DNA from: Candidatus Harrisonbacteria bacterium CG10_big_fil_rev_8_21_14_0_10_40_38
GTDB lineage: Bacteria; Patescibacteriota; Minisyncoccia; UBA6257; 1-14-0-10-40-38
Direction: 5' to 3'
Length of the DNA stretch: 55,080 bases
NCBI GenBank assembly: GCA_002773535.1
Contig: PFAZ01000009.1
Location: 100,739 to 155,818 of the forward strand
The notes under the pieces are model-generated. The model was given only the letters and a program-made list of their open reading frames with translations. It did not search any database and was not told the origin of the DNA. Positions 55,019-55,080 of this stretch are shown here, in pieces (within the stretch, counting starts at the first letter, position 1; each line of letters starts with the position of its first letter). A program made the position numbers and the translations under genes.

Positions 55019-55080
55019 GCCCTCGTCGTTCAACGGATAGGACGCAAGATTGCGGATCTTGTAATAGAGGTTCGATTCCT
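55019..55080 (+). tRNA. tRNA-Arg(GCG), truncated by the window end
   Basis: D arm GTTC-AACGGATA-GGAC, CAAGA-TTGCGGA-TCTTG, AGAGG-TTCGATT-CCT. Confidence 0.92.

Noticed and set aside
1-55080. UGA recoding (genetic code 25)
   Set aside because: Conserved genes are full length in code 11 and several end in TGA.

Overview
Low-GC bacterial chromosome segment at the replication origin. Gene content and style (short YidC and Jag, VirB4/PrgI/pilin cluster, few Shine-Dalgarno sites, heptamer repeats, tRNA-Arg(GCG)) point to Patescibacteria/CPR, probably Parcubacteria (inference). Order: dnaN (partial), dnaA, rpmH, rnpA, yidC, jag; an 11-gene T4SS-like operon behind rsmA; pcrA, LysM-M23, ruvA; a murE to polX cluster; rplT, rpmI, infC; an accessory stretch downstream of tmRNA; smpB, Cas4-like nuclease, argS, ileS; rnj, tRNA-Leu, oppA-like, secG, gpmI; rny, hup; ECF sigma cluster; znuCB-like; tRNA-Gly, FemABX, tRNA-Arg (partial). 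Best leads: (1) two identical 37-bp hairpin repeats with attC-like features bracketing a promoter-RBS-ORF-terminator cassette 3' of ssrA; (2) a secretion operon with no relaxase, coupling protein or integrase in the window; (3) IleRS with an inserted histidine-phosphatase domain, a GIHH signature and in-frame heptamer insertions; (4) dispersed heptamer repeats; (5) enzymes with rewritten active sites (ClpB-like AAA+, iPGM, PolX PHP, MurE); (6) small genes missed by the ORF track. All calls come from reading motifs by eye; no searches were run.
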